DNA of 64,000 nt from Candidatus Levyibacteriota bacterium (GTDB lineage Bacteria; Patescibacteriota; Microgenomatia; Levybacterales; UBA12049): assembly GCA_003152105.1 (NCBI GenBank), contig PLZJ01000002.1, forward strand, positions 848,112 to 912,111, written 5' to 3'. Made by a program: the position numbers and the translations under genes. Each line of letters starts with the position of its first letter. Position 1 is the first letter of the stretch. Positions 48,287 to 58,952 of this stretch are shown piece after piece. The notes below the pieces were generated by a model, which was not told the DNA's origin, made no database searches, and saw only the letters and a program-made list of their open reading frames with translations.

Positions 48287-51200
48287 TTAAACAGGTGCAT
48301 CTTCCCAAAGCTTTCTTAATTCTTCATTAATTTGTAATTTTTTTACGGCTTTATCCAATATCTGCCTTACTCTTTCTCTCGTAAGACCTCCATAAATTTC
48401 ACCTATAGCTTCTAAAGTCATTGGTTCATCGCTTCCGATACCATGTCTCATTTTGAGCATTTCTAACTCTCTTTCCGTCAATAACCCTCCTACAATACCC
48501 TCTATTTGCTCAATATTATCATCGTCTGTTGCACCAGGCTGGTAATCTTCGTAGTTATCTGCAACAAATTCTCCAAGAGTTGTTTCTGTATCTGATCCAA
48601 TTGGCCTATCCAGAGATGCCACTCTAGTAACTTTTCCTTCAAACAAATCCATAACAATATCAATTCTTTCTAGCTGTGCTTCTTCCAATAAGCTTCTTAA
48701 CTCTTTTTTAGTTGGAGATCTATTTTCCCGTACTTCGAACTCAGTCACGATTTTCATAGCTTTTCCATATACTTCTCGCGCATGGATAGGAATTCTAATC
48801 ATACTTCCGTCATTTTTAACTGCCCTATCAATACTTTGAGCTATCCAAGGAGTAGCATACGTTGAAAACTTATTTCCTGTATGATAATCGAATCCTTCAA
48901 CTGCTCTTTTTAAACCAAAATAACCCTCTTGAACTCTATCTTCTATGGTTAAAGCATGATACTTTTTAGCGATATGAATCACTAATCTAAGATTACATAA
49001 AGCAACAAGTTCTTCAATAGATTCACCATCTCTAGAGACATTTGCAAATAATCCTTCAGATTTTGGTCTGATTGTTTTTAAAAAGTCAGTATCTTGGAAA
49101 AGACTATCAATAGTTTTTCCTTCTTCCAAAAGTTTGAATATAATATTCTCCTGTTGTCTACTCAGTAGTGGATATTGTGCGGCTTGCGTCATGTATCTTC
49201 GGAAAGAGTCAACTTCCTCAAAACTCATTCCATTAAAATCTTCAGTTGAAAAAACCACTACGTCTTCACCATCGGACTCATAAGAATTTCTTTCTCTTTC
49301 TGCCGTACCATTTCCTCTAAATCTTGAAGAAAATTGCTGTCTAACACTATTTGGTTCTGGTGGCTTATTTGATTTTACTTGCGACAATTCATCCCTTAAT
49401 ATTTGCATACCATGTTCGTTAGCTGTAAATATCTGTCTTCGTCCAACATTACTCTTTGTAATATACTGTGGATGACTTACGGCTAGCTCATTTAAGCGTT
49501 TATATATTGCAGATCCGGTTCTTAAACCAAATTCCCGTGCTAAATCAAATATTGGTACTTGAGTGAATCCATCTTCAACACTACTACCGTATTCCACCTG
49601 TAAAGTGGTTAAGAGTTGAGGCGCTATGAACCATTGCCATCCTTTTTCACTTCTTCTAACTGAATCTGGGTCAGCAGCCTGTAGCTCTTTTAACCTTTTA
49701 TATATCCTGCTTCTCTTTCCTTCGCCAACTTGCTGAACTAATTCATTTATTGGAAGAGGTATTAACCCTTCAGGAGCAGCTAATCCTCTAATTCTATCCA
49801 GCAAAAGTTCATATCCTTCTGCTGATATATAATTAGATCTATTTATGCTTTTAAAATGTTGTGGATTTTCTTCATGCAAAGCTCTTAAGTGATACAATAC
49901 TCTGCTTGATTCCATTCCGAATTCAAACGCTATGTCATTGGGAGTAAATCTTTGAAATCCTTCTGGAATATTAATTGCTTGCTCTCTTTCTTCAGCGTAT
50001 CTGTTTATTACTTCCATTACTTCTTCAAGATTTGTTATAACTTTCAGTCCTTCTATATGAATTAAAGGGGAAGATCCTCTAAAAGAACCCGAATATGTTC
50101 GTCCTGTAAATTCTTTGGCTTTTTTCGGAGCAAATGCAGTGCCTGCAACTTCAGCAAAAGTTAAAGCTCGGCCCTTTGCATGCTTATTTTCATCAACGAC
50201 ATCAATAATGATTGCTTCCTTATCAGGATTATTAGGATCAAGCCTCAACACTCTTCCTCCTCTTTGAATTGCGTTTACTTTTGACAAAGTCGGTGCAAGA
50301 TTAATCAGCAAGTTAGCATTAGGTGCGTCAATACCTTCTGCTAAAAGTTTTTTGCTTAGTAAAACTTTAATCTTTCCACTTTTAAAATCATCTAAGTATT
50401 GTTTTCTTGTTCTTTTATCAAGCCTCCCATGAAACGCTCTAGCTTCTATTCCTTCTGCACGAAACATCTCTTCAAGTTCAATAGCATGCTTAACTGATAA
50501 AGTAGTTATAAAAGCGGAGGAATCTGGGAAATGATTTTTATATATGTCGACTGCTGCTTGATTTCGCTTTGCAATATTTAATGCCCTCTCAAGTTGTTTT
50601 GGGTCATACTCACCAGTTGAAGAGATAATTGGAACCTGTGACATATCTATATCGGTTTGAGCAATAAACACCTTAAATGGAGAAATTAATCCTTCTTCAG
50701 CAGCTTCTTTAATTGTTACATAATGCATTTTCTTCTCAAGAAGTAAACCTACATGCTTATCGGTTGAATACTCTGGTGTAGCGCTAAGACCCAACTTAAT
50801 AGCTCCCTTAAATTGCCTTATTGCATCCATTCGAGCTGGTGTTAAAGCCTTATGAGCCTCATCACATATTACAAATCCGTAATCTGATGGATTAATGGTG
50901 CCTTCTTTTACGCCTTTTAATAGGTAATCATATGTTGTTATCGTAACATCTCGATCTAACTGCTTAACATGAGTGTAGGCCAATCCGGTTGGTATATTAG
51001 GAACAAACTGTGTAAATGTATCCTGCATTTGCTGTACTAAATCTTGAGTTGGAGTTATTATCAATGTTTTGGCTCTTAAAGCTTTTACCATTTCTGCAGC
51101 TAATACAGACTTTCCAGTTCCTGTAGGAAATTCAATATAGCCTTCTGTTGAACCCTCAGCTAAATTCGATCTAATATCTTCAAATACCGTAAACTGATGC

Positions 51201-51550
51201 TCTCTTAAAACCCTATCAACATCTCCAATTTTATGTGCTGCAATATAATCATCAAGATTTGCTAGAGCTAATTTTTGCTGTATCTCAGAAGCCATTTCGT
51301 CAGTTAAACTTCCATCCTTACGAGTAAGCCTAACTAATTGGGGGTATAGAGATACTCTGACAGGATATCGAGTTTCCAATTCATCCTGGGGAAATGCAAC
51401 CAAACTATCTATTCCGTCTATTGAATCATGGACGGCGGGTAACAAATTTTGGCCTACATTTTGTTTCACGAATGTATTTACTTCTCGCAATTGTCCAGCA
51501 AGCTCGGTAGTGCTTTTTGTCCTTGATGTTTTAATTTCAGTTTTTACCAT
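48287..51550 (-). CDS. Fusion protein: SF2 DEAH helicase + tandem wHTH-like repeats + complete sigma-70 (regions 2-4) domain
   Basis: Walker A PTGTGKS, DEAH VICDEAHK, LSATP and motif VI QRGGRVLR. C-terminal sigma region 2/3 KFSTYATPWIAQSIDRAV and MIRIPIHAREV, region 4.2 TLEAIGEIYGGLTRERVRQILDKAVKKL. Confidence 0.8.
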   Translation of the reverse strand: MVKTEIKTSRTKSTTELAGQLREVNTFVKQNVGQNLLPAVHDSIDGIDSLVAFPQDELETRYPVRVSLYPQLVRLTRKDGSLTDEMASEIQQKLALANLDDYIAAHKIGDVDRVLREHQFTVFEDIRSNLAEGSTEGYIEFPTGTGKSVLAAEMVKALRAKTLIITPTQDLVQQMQDTFTQFVPNIPTGLAYTHVKQLDRDVTITTYDYLLKGVKEGTINPSDYGFVICDEAHKALTPARMDAIRQFKGAIKLGLSATPEYSTDKHVGLLLEKKMHYVTIKEAAEEGLISPFKVFIAQTDIDMSQVPIISSTGEYDPKQLERALNIAKRNQAAVDIYKNHFPDSSAFITTLSVKHAIELEEMFRAEGIEARAFHGRLDKRTRKQYLDDFKSGKIKVLLSKKLLAEGIDAPNANLLINLAPTLSKVNAIQRGGRVLRLDPNNPDKEAIIIDVVDENKHAKGRALTFAEVAGTAFAPKKAKEFTGRTYSGSFRGSSPLIHIEGLKVITNLEEVMEVINRYAEEREQAINIPEGFQRFTPNDIAFEFGMESSRVLYHLRALHEENPQHFKSINRSNYISAEGYELLLDRIRGLAAPEGLIPLPINELVQQVGEGKRSRIYKRLKELQAADPDSVRRSEKGWQWFIAPQLLTTLQVEYGSSVEDGFTQVPIFDLAREFGLRTGSAIYKRLNELAVSHPQYITKSNVGRRQIFTANEHGMQILRDELSQVKSNKPPEPNSVRQQFSSRFRGNGTAERERNSYESDGEDVVVFSTEDFNGMSFEEVDSFRRYMTQAAQYPLLSRQQENIIFKLLEEGKTIDSLFQDTDFLKTIRPKSEGLFANVSRDGESIEELVALCNLRLVIHIAKKYHALTIEDRVQEGYFGLKRAVEGFDYHTGNKFSTYATPWIAQSIDRAVKNDGSMIRIPIHAREVYGKAMKIVTEFEVRENRSPTKKELRSLLEEAQLERIDIVMDLFEGKVTRVASLDRPIGSDTETTLGEFVADNYEDYQPGATDDDNIEQIEGIVGGLLTERELEMLKMRHGIGSDEPMTLEAIGEIYGGLTRERVRQILDKAVKKLQINEELRKLWEDAPV

Positions 51551-51780
51551 ATTTATATTCTATATTTATACAAAAAATAATCTTTCGGTGAAAGAGTATT
51601 TTACCATTTATAGCCTGACATTACAACCTATAGGATAATTTGTGTTCACTTTTAAATACTTTCGACTTATCTAAATAATTATAAGTGCATAATGTAAAGC
51701 TATTATCAATGAATCTATTGCTAACCCAACTTCTTACTATAAGTTGTTTTTGCCTTCATTTTCTGCTATAATTAACGCTT

Positions 51781-54700
51781 ATGACAAGCAACATTGAGTC
51801 TCTTAACATTCCTGAAGCTAAAGCAGCAGCTACTCTTGCAGAAAGTGCAATTATAGAAGAGCAAAAACCAGTACTAACCGAGGTAAGAACAAATGAACTT
51901 CTCGCAAGAGCAACGGGTTTATTACATATGTATGATGATTTTATAAAATCCCTGCCTCTAAAAGGAAGAGATTATTTCGCATTACCCAATCTCCCTCAGA
52001 GCATCGAAGACGCACATAGAGAATTTTCGGAGGAAGATACCATTGATACTACAAATATGTTAATAAACACTCCTTTTATTAATGAAGCACTACAAACACA
52101 TCATCCCAAAGCAGTTGGCATGTTTTTACGAGGAGTTATGACTGTAAACAAGGAGGCTGCAGATAAAGGACTTAGCCAAACTCCTATTGAGATTGAAGAT
52201 GAGTCATTCGAAGATCAATTAACCAATGTTCTTATACTTCAAATTGCAAATTATCCCTCTTTATACCCAGCAATTAGACCGCACGCATTTAGTTTGGTTA
52301 AAGATTCAGAACAAATTGAAGAATCTGAAAAGGAAGAAAAAAGGAGACTTTATGACCTTGTGAGCAAAGTTGAAGGAAGAGCTGGAATGAAGCTATTCGG
52401 AATGGGATATTATACGGGTACTACTCGTGAGCTTTTTAATCACATGAACCAACGCGCATTCTTACATGAATTTGGTGAGGAACAAATTGTTGCTTTACAG
52501 GCAGCATTTTCTGATCCTGAATATCTTGATCCATATGGTGTGGGAGAAAAAAATAGTCATGCCTTAGCTGGTATTGGACTTATTGCGGCATCAAAAAAAG
52601 CAGGCGCTCCCATTGATGCTTCAGTGGTTTCCCAAATGGAAGAAAGACACGGGGAATGGTTTAACTCTAGATTAAAGTATATCTTTGCCACTGATCCAAA
52701 AACTTCAAACATTGACCCCTATATTGAAGAATTGCTTGCCAGACCGCTTAACAAGAATCAATCAGAAAGCATTTTATACCTTGCTTTAACAAATGGAACT
52801 TCAATTCATCCCGACTCATATGCCGCAGAAACAATAAAAGAGTCAGGCTTACCGCTTGAGCAAGTTTTTACACTTACCAAAGTAGCTCTTGATGCAACAA
52901 ACGGCAACATAGAAAGATTAAATCCCGTCATACATGAATTACTTCAAGGATCAAGTGAAGGTGAACTTTCAAAAAAAGCTATATCTTCGCTTGTCTACGC
53001 CTGTATTGGATTTGATGTTGATATACCTAATTTCTTGCAACCCTCTATTAAACAGCATTATTCTCAAGTTGCAGAAGGAATATTAACCGATAAACCTAGG
53101 CGTACATACACAAAAAATGATGATACACTTGACTATCCAGTGCATCCTATATACCGTCTATTTTCGGAAGGATTACAAGCGCTACCAAAAAGTATTGCTG
53201 ATGTGTTTAGTCAGGATGAGATAAATCGAGATGAGATCGCAACACAAATTATGACCCATCTTTTTAAAGATGGATTCTATACCCATTATTTTGATCCAAT
53301 TCTCTCTCAAGAATATCCGACTGCAACCTTGAGTATTAATGAATTAGATGGGAAACTTTGGCAACTTGTTCATCCTGATATTTGGAATCTTCTAAGAGAA
53401 GCAGATACGGTAACTTTGCTTAATGTTATTAAAGATGTTTTACCTGGTGGGATGGTACAACTTATTAAATATCCAAAAGGAACAGAGATATATGGAACAA
53501 GTAATGTTTCGATAGACGCTTGTTTGCCTCCTGATCTTTTTGAAGCAATAGCAAAGCTTCATATAGAAACTGCAACTGAAAATGATAATATTTCTTGGGC
53601 AGATAATGTAGTTTTTGAAAAAGGTCTACCAAATGGTAAATCTAAGGAAACTCCAAAACCATATACACAACTGATGGATTTCTCTCAAAGAATATGGAGA
53701 CATATACAATCTGACCTTATTAGTAAAAACATCTCCAAAAGTATATTTAACAGGCTATGGAAGCTACCAAATGAATCTGGTATTGGACTTGAGATATTTG
53801 ATCCGGAACTAAAAGATTGGATAGTAATACCAGGAAAAAGTCATATAGATCAAGAAGGTTATCCCGATGATATCAAACTTGTCATTGCAAATCCTGTAAG
53901 CTACCTAGAAAAATATTTAGCTTTTTTGGGAAATATACGCTATAAATATAGCGGGTGGTATCAATCAATTGATGCCTTTAATATATGGAGAAATGCAACT
54001 CCATGGGATTTTTTGCACCCTGAACAATATTTAGATCATCAGACGTTTCAAAGTAATGATAAAACCTTTCATCACCTTGAGCATTGGACAGAAATACTTC
54101 AAGCACGGGAACTTGGTGAAACACTAAAGGTTAGATATAGTGAAGAAGGTGGTTTTACTGAAAGCCAGCATGATCTTCTTTTTACGCTTTCCGCTTTGGA
54201 AGATCCAACGGACACTGATCAACTACCGTCTGTTAGATACGGACTGATTGATCAAAACACTGCGGTAGTTTATGCAATTCAAATGCCATTAATTGATAGA
54301 ATGGCTCCAAGCAATGTAAAAGTAGCGCTTGAGCGTCAAAACAATTTCTTAAAATATTACACAAATTTCGCAAAAGCTGCAGTAGATCACGATGAGTTTT
54401 TTACTAGCATTGCTGGGGACATATCCGAGGTTATCTTGCATCCTCCAGAAGATTTAGACTTCAATGAGTATGTAAGGCATATCTCTGCAAAAATTCTTAA
54501 AAACAATGGCGTCAAATCATACACAGAACTACAGCGAAAATATCAACCCTATTTGAAACAACCAAATAAATCAGAAGACATAGGGAAATCATACGTCGCA
54601 AATATAATACTTAATTTAGTCTATGGAATTGAGATGTTTGATAAAGCCTCAAGTATTTCACCGCTTTTTGAAGAACGTTCAGAAAGAATGAAACGGGTTA

Positions 54701-55074
54701 ACGTTTTATTCGCAAACGAAAGAAAAAATGGTAACTCGCAAAGTAGGAATATTCCTTCAGGTCCAGCGCTAAGTCTTGCTTTATTTTGTATTCTCGCTAA
54801 AACACATGGCGTCACAAGAATTCAAGTTCCAACCTACTTCCCACGACGACTTCACGATGATCCAGAAACAGATCAAAGAATACTTCAGCAAATGACAAAA
54901 ACAATTGAAAGTGTTACTAATTTAATTGATGGTGTATCAATTTCTTCTTTCCCCGATGATTCGGATGGCTCATTTTACCTTGGAATTGAAGGAGAATTAT
55001 CAAGTACAAATGAGACTCTTTCAAACGCGATTAAAAATATTTCTGCAGTTTCTCATGATAGAGGAAGCAACTAG
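51781..55074 (+). CDS. Large (1097 aa) hypothetical protein divergent from the helicase-sigma gene
   Basis: Uninterrupted ORF with no recognisable motifs. Confidence 0.5.
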   Translation: MTSNIESLNIPEAKAAATLAESAIIEEQKPVLTEVRTNELLARATGLLHMYDDFIKSLPLKGRDYFALPNLPQSIEDAHREFSEEDTIDTTNMLINTPFINEALQTHHPKAVGMFLRGVMTVNKEAADKGLSQTPIEIEDESFEDQLTNVLILQIANYPSLYPAIRPHAFSLVKDSEQIEESEKEEKRRLYDLVSKVEGRAGMKLFGMGYYTGTTRELFNHMNQRAFLHEFGEEQIVALQAAFSDPEYLDPYGVGEKNSHALAGIGLIAASKKAGAPIDASVVSQMEERHGEWFNSRLKYIFATDPKTSNIDPYIEELLARPLNKNQSESILYLALTNGTSIHPDSYAAETIKESGLPLEQVFTLTKVALDATNGNIERLNPVIHELLQGSSEGELSKKAISSLVYACIGFDVDIPNFLQPSIKQHYSQVAEGILTDKPRRTYTKNDDTLDYPVHPIYRLFSEGLQALPKSIADVFSQDEINRDEIATQIMTHLFKDGFYTHYFDPILSQEYPTATLSINELDGKLWQLVHPDIWNLLREADTVTLLNVIKDVLPGGMVQLIKYPKGTEIYGTSNVSIDACLPPDLFEAIAKLHIETATENDNISWADNVVFEKGLPNGKSKETPKPYTQLMDFSQRIWRHIQSDLISKNISKSIFNRLWKLPNESGIGLEIFDPELKDWIVIPGKSHIDQEGYPDDIKLVIANPVSYLEKYLAFLGNIRYKYSGWYQSIDAFNIWRNATPWDFLHPEQYLDHQTFQSNDKTFHHLEHWTEILQARELGETLKVRYSEEGGFTESQHDLLFTLSALEDPTDTDQLPSVRYGLIDQNTAVVYAIQMPLIDRMAPSNVKVALERQNNFLKYYTNFAKAAVDHDEFFTSIAGDISEVILHPPEDLDFNEYVRHISAKILKNNGVKSYTELQRKYQPYLKQPNKSEDIGKSYVANIILNLVYGIEMFDKASSISPLFEERSERMKRVNVLFANERKNGNSQSRNIPSGPALSLALFCILAKTHGVTRIQVPTYFPRRLHDDPETDQRILQQMTKTIESVTNLIDGVSISSFPDDSDGSFYLGIEGELSSTNETLSNAIKNISAVSHDRGSN

Positions 55075-55240
55075 AATGGAAAGTAGCATGCTTCAATAAT
55101 AGGTATCTTTGTCTAATTTAATTTTATTTTCCTCTTTTTGTTTTGGGCTAAGCTTTTTTAAACTTTTATCGATTTTTTGAAGTAACTCAAAAAATGCAAT
55201 TAAGTTTTTCATCTCTTCTTCTGATTGTATTTTCATTTTG

Positions 55241-56023
55241 TTATTCAACCTTATTCCAAATATTTACATTATTTTCCCCACCATTTAACACCTTAAATTT
55301 AGTTGACAAAAAAATCGAGGGATTATCTTCCATTCGCTTATTAAGTAAATCTTTTGCATAATGATAGATATGTCTTTTCTTGTTTTCCGTGGAACAAATA
55401 AAAAGAACTGAAGGTAACTCTTCTTCTGTGTTCTCCTCCCATTCCCTAGAGTCGGCGTAGCTTAAATATTTTCGTATTCTAAACCTCAAAACTCCAGCTG
55501 GAATAAATTCGTCATAATATTCAAGTAAATATCTTCTAGTTTCTTTTGGAGTTTTTATTGAAATATATGCAGCAGGTAGCGGATCTGGAAAATAATCAAA
55601 AAGTGAAAGATCATTTTGGGAATAAAACAAAAGTTTTTCATTTTTCTTTAGAATTGATAAAAAGTATATATAAATATCGACAATGGATGAGCAGTAATTT
55701 ATGAATCGCTTAGTTACTGTATCTCCTTTGTAGGCAGTATTTAGTGCTTTTTCGTTCTTCTCACCTTTTTGACGTAAGTACGCCCTGCCAGCTTTGGTTA
55801 AATAAATGATGCGATGTTCAGTTTTCTCAATAAATGTTGTTTGTTTGATAGTATTTATTAATCCTTGTTTTTTAAGTTTTGTTATTCTCTCGTTTATTGT
55901 ATCTGAGTATTTGTTTTTGTTTATTTTTTGTAATTGATTAGTTTTTATGTATCTAAATTTTAGTACTAATTTTAATAGTTCATTTTCTTTATTTGTTATC
56001 TTTACTGTCTTTATATCTTCCAT
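55241..56023 (-). CDS. Replication-relaxation (Replic_Relax) family-like protein
   Basis: N-terminal wHTH pattern ITNKENELLKLVLKFRYIKTNQLQKI is typical of the Replic_Relax family found on Gram-positive conjugative elements. Confidence 0.45.
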   Translation of the reverse strand: MEDIKTVKITNKENELLKLVLKFRYIKTNQLQKINKNKYSDTINERITKLKKQGLINTIKQTTFIEKTEHRIIYLTKAGRAYLRQKGEKNEKALNTAYKGDTVTKRFINYCSSIVDIYIYFLSILKKNEKLLFYSQNDLSLFDYFPDPLPAAYISIKTPKETRRYLLEYYDEFIPAGVLRFRIRKYLSYADSREWEENTEEELPSVLFICSTENKKRHIYHYAKDLLNKRMEDNPSIFLSTKFKVLNGGENNVNIWNKVE

Positions 56024-56150
56024 ACTTTTACTCCATTTCCTTCCTCTTATATAATATATAAGAATATATAGTTAGACTTTTTATTTAATTTAGCCTCACT
56101 TCTTATTAAATTTATCCTTCTACCGCAAAGGGTATTTTTAGTATCCTAAA

Positions 56151-58811
56151 TTATTCTCCCGGAGCAGATTTTTTACCCTTTTTATCGCTAGTTTTTGGTG
56201 CCTTATAGTTACTCATATCAATTAGTGGTTGCTCTTCCTCATCTTCTACATACTCTCTTCCATAGTTTTGTCTGGAGGCTTCAATAAACCGACTTATCTT
56301 TTCTTTGTCCTTTTTAATCTCATGCTTTAATGTTATTCCGGAAAAGGCTTCCTCAGGTCTTGCACCTGTCATTTTCATATAGAAGTGGTAATTAGGTAAA
56401 TTCAATAAGTCGCTTATTTCAATATGTGGAGCAAACTGCTCAAGCATGAACTCTGCATCTCTTTTTCCTGCCAACTGAAAGGAAATGACATTTGCTGTAT
56501 TACCAAGCATAATATTATTAATCTGCATATCTTTTTGCTGGGAAAGAGATTGTTCAGCTGCAATTGGGTGAATACCATATTTCCTGCCCTGCGTAAACAA
56601 TTTTACAAACTGTGGCATGGCAAAGGTCTGGAATTCATCAATATATAAATATAACGGATTTCTCGCTTCTAAATCTTTTCTGATTCTTCTTTGTGCTGCT
56701 TGATAGATTAAAGACAAGATCATTGTTCCAATAAGTTGCGTATTATCATCTCCTAACTTTCCCTCGGAAAGATTACAAATAACTATTTTCTTATTATCTA
56801 GTACCTCATCAAAATTAATTGTTGAGTGATAATCCTTAAGCATTCGTTTTACCATATCAGCTCGTGCAAACCTATCTAGTTTTATAGTAACGCCTTTAAT
56901 CATTGATACTGCCTGATATGAACCAGCTTTACCAAAGATATTTTTCCAGAAGTTTTTTAAATCCTCGTCCTTTAAATTGCCAACAACACGCTGAAGATAA
57001 ACAGGATCTGAGAGTAGCTTATTTAGCGTAAAAAGGGTTCTATCTTTCACTGTAAATGCTGTGTATATTGCATTTCTTAAATGTCCTTCAATTCTTGTTG
57101 CATTACCATCGTCATTGTTAAATAGTCTTCTAAAAACAGTTATTAATCCCTCACACCGAAGATCCTGTTCTAGCTTAAGTTCGGTTCTGCTTAACCCCTC
57201 AGGAAGTTCAAGTAAATTAATACTAATTGGTCTATTAAGATCCATAGGGTTAATATAGATAAGATCATTAATTCGCTCTTCTGGGATAATATTTATTACC
57301 TCTTCTGATAAGTCACCATGCGGATCTATTAAACAAACACTTTCTCCTTTTAAGATGTTATCTCTTATCATATTAAACATAATTGTTGATTTTCCTGTTC
57401 CCGTTTTTCCAACAATAATTGTGTTTTGTTTCATCTTTTTATCTGTTAAGCCAATAGGAGTTAAAACTCCGCCAAATGTATTTACTCCAAAGACAACGTC
57501 TTGCTTTTCATTTTTTTGCGATAACGGCGCTGAAAGCTCTTTATATAACGACTTTGAAATGTTTTCTGTTTGGGAAAGATCTGAATAAGGGAAGTGATAT
57601 AGGGAGGCAATTTCTGAAACAGAAAGAAGCGATTGGCTTGTATTGTTTACCAACGACAATAACCTAAATTGAAAAACAAGGCTTCTAATCTTATCAATTA
57701 AAATTGGAGGAAAGTTTTTCCTTTGTGTAATTTCTTGGTACTTTGAAAACTTATATGGATTAAATGATGCTTTTATACCATTAATTCTTTCTTTTTCCTC
57801 CTTTTTACTGTCAACTATTATAAGTGCCCGAATTGTTGTTTCAAAAAGCTCCTCATCTATTTTTTCCTGAATTTTTTTATTCATCTCACTTTCTGCTTCT
57901 GTAATTGACCTTTCCGGTCTTTGAAGACCTACAGAAATTGAGCTCTCATAAGTTCGCTCATAAGTTTTTCTTCTTGGAGTAGAATGCAGATTTTGAACTG
58001 CCCAGATAAGATGTTCTCCAACTTTATTTATTAACTCACCAAGTAAGAATAGAAAGAAGGTAAATATCTTTACATACTTTGGATATTCCCTTTTACTTAG
58101 GTATGCAACTACGTTTTCATTATTAATAATCATATTCCCTATTTTTATTACTTCCTTACTCATTGTTGGAGAAATGACTATTTGAAGAGCTATTAGTTCA
58201 TTTTTGTTAAGTTTTGTCATCATACCTGTAATATATGAGACAGGGTCGTGTTGTAACAGTGATTGATGTTTATTAAGTGGTAAACCCCATCTTCCTTTTA
58301 AACCAAACTCAACTATTTTTGCTTTACTTGATCTTTCTGGTATATAGTCTTCTGCCTCATTTACTTCGACAAACTGCAGATATGTAGTTATTTGTCTTTT
58401 AATATTACTTACATCTGTTTTTGGAACTCTAATTAAATACCTTATTCCTTGATTTTTAGAGGATACAAGTTCTAGAGAATACAGTGATTTTTTATTCTTA
58501 AAGAAGTTAAATATTGACCTGTCATGCCCAAGGCTATGAATAACCGAAAACAGTTGTTTTGTTGAATAAATTGTTTTTTCAGTTTTAGATGGAGGTACGA
58601 GTTCTAAAAGAATTGTTTCTTGCTTGAATTGCTTTCGAATAATATATATAGTCCAAGCTATACAAAGGGTAATAACTATATAGGGAATAAAATATATGTA
58701 AAAGGGTATTTGCGGACTCATATGGTTAATAAAAGGAGAGAGAAAGCTTATATGGGAAAGTAAGCCATGAAATACATTCCAAAATTCTAAATCATGATAA
58801 CTTTTAATCAT
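56151..58811 (-). CDS. Type IV coupling protein-like ATPase (VirD4/TraG/PcfC-like)
   Basis: Two N-terminal TM helices. Walker A IVGKTGTGKST with LIDPHGDL. Walker B LYIDEFQTF. Confidence 0.6.
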   Translation of the reverse strand: MIKSYHDLEFWNVFHGLLSHISFLSPFINHMSPQIPFYIYFIPYIVITLCIAWTIYIIRKQFKQETILLELVPPSKTEKTIYSTKQLFSVIHSLGHDRSIFNFFKNKKSLYSLELVSSKNQGIRYLIRVPKTDVSNIKRQITTYLQFVEVNEAEDYIPERSSKAKIVEFGLKGRWGLPLNKHQSLLQHDPVSYITGMMTKLNKNELIALQIVISPTMSKEVIKIGNMIINNENVVAYLSKREYPKYVKIFTFFLFLLGELINKVGEHLIWAVQNLHSTPRRKTYERTYESSISVGLQRPERSITEAESEMNKKIQEKIDEELFETTIRALIIVDSKKEEKERINGIKASFNPYKFSKYQEITQRKNFPPILIDKIRSLVFQFRLLSLVNNTSQSLLSVSEIASLYHFPYSDLSQTENISKSLYKELSAPLSQKNEKQDVVFGVNTFGGVLTPIGLTDKKMKQNTIIVGKTGTGKSTIMFNMIRDNILKGESVCLIDPHGDLSEEVINIIPEERINDLIYINPMDLNRPISINLLELPEGLSRTELKLEQDLRCEGLITVFRRLFNNDDGNATRIEGHLRNAIYTAFTVKDRTLFTLNKLLSDPVYLQRVVGNLKDEDLKNFWKNIFGKAGSYQAVSMIKGVTIKLDRFARADMVKRMLKDYHSTINFDEVLDNKKIVICNLSEGKLGDDNTQLIGTMILSLIYQAAQRRIRKDLEARNPLYLYIDEFQTFAMPQFVKLFTQGRKYGIHPIAAEQSLSQQKDMQINNIMLGNTANVISFQLAGKRDAEFMLEQFAPHIEISDLLNLPNYHFYMKMTGARPEEAFSGITLKHEIKKDKEKISRFIEASRQNYGREYVEDEEEQPLIDMSNYKAPKTSDKKGKKSAPGE

Positions 58812-58892
58812 GCCACTTATATTAAGGGCAGATTAATTTCACTGCAAAGTATATCACACTAATGCAAATTATGTCAGTATTCATATTTGTGC

Positions 58893-58934
58893 TTGACAAC
58901 TATCGAGATCTAGATATATACTATCTATATCTAG
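58893..58934 (+). promoter_or_regulatory. TTGACA -35 element followed by a palindromic operator ATCTAGATATA-N7-TATATCTAGAT, upstream of the recombinase operon
   Basis: TTGACA at 58893-58898. 11-bp inverted repeat arms at 58908-58918 and 58926-58936 (approximate). Confidence 0.45.
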
Positions 58935-58952
58935 ATAGAAGTTGGGTGGACT

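Noticed and set aside
56424-57667. Several 60-77-aa plus-strand ORFs inside the T4CP-like gene
   Set aside because: Antisense shadow ORFs within a motif-supported long gene.
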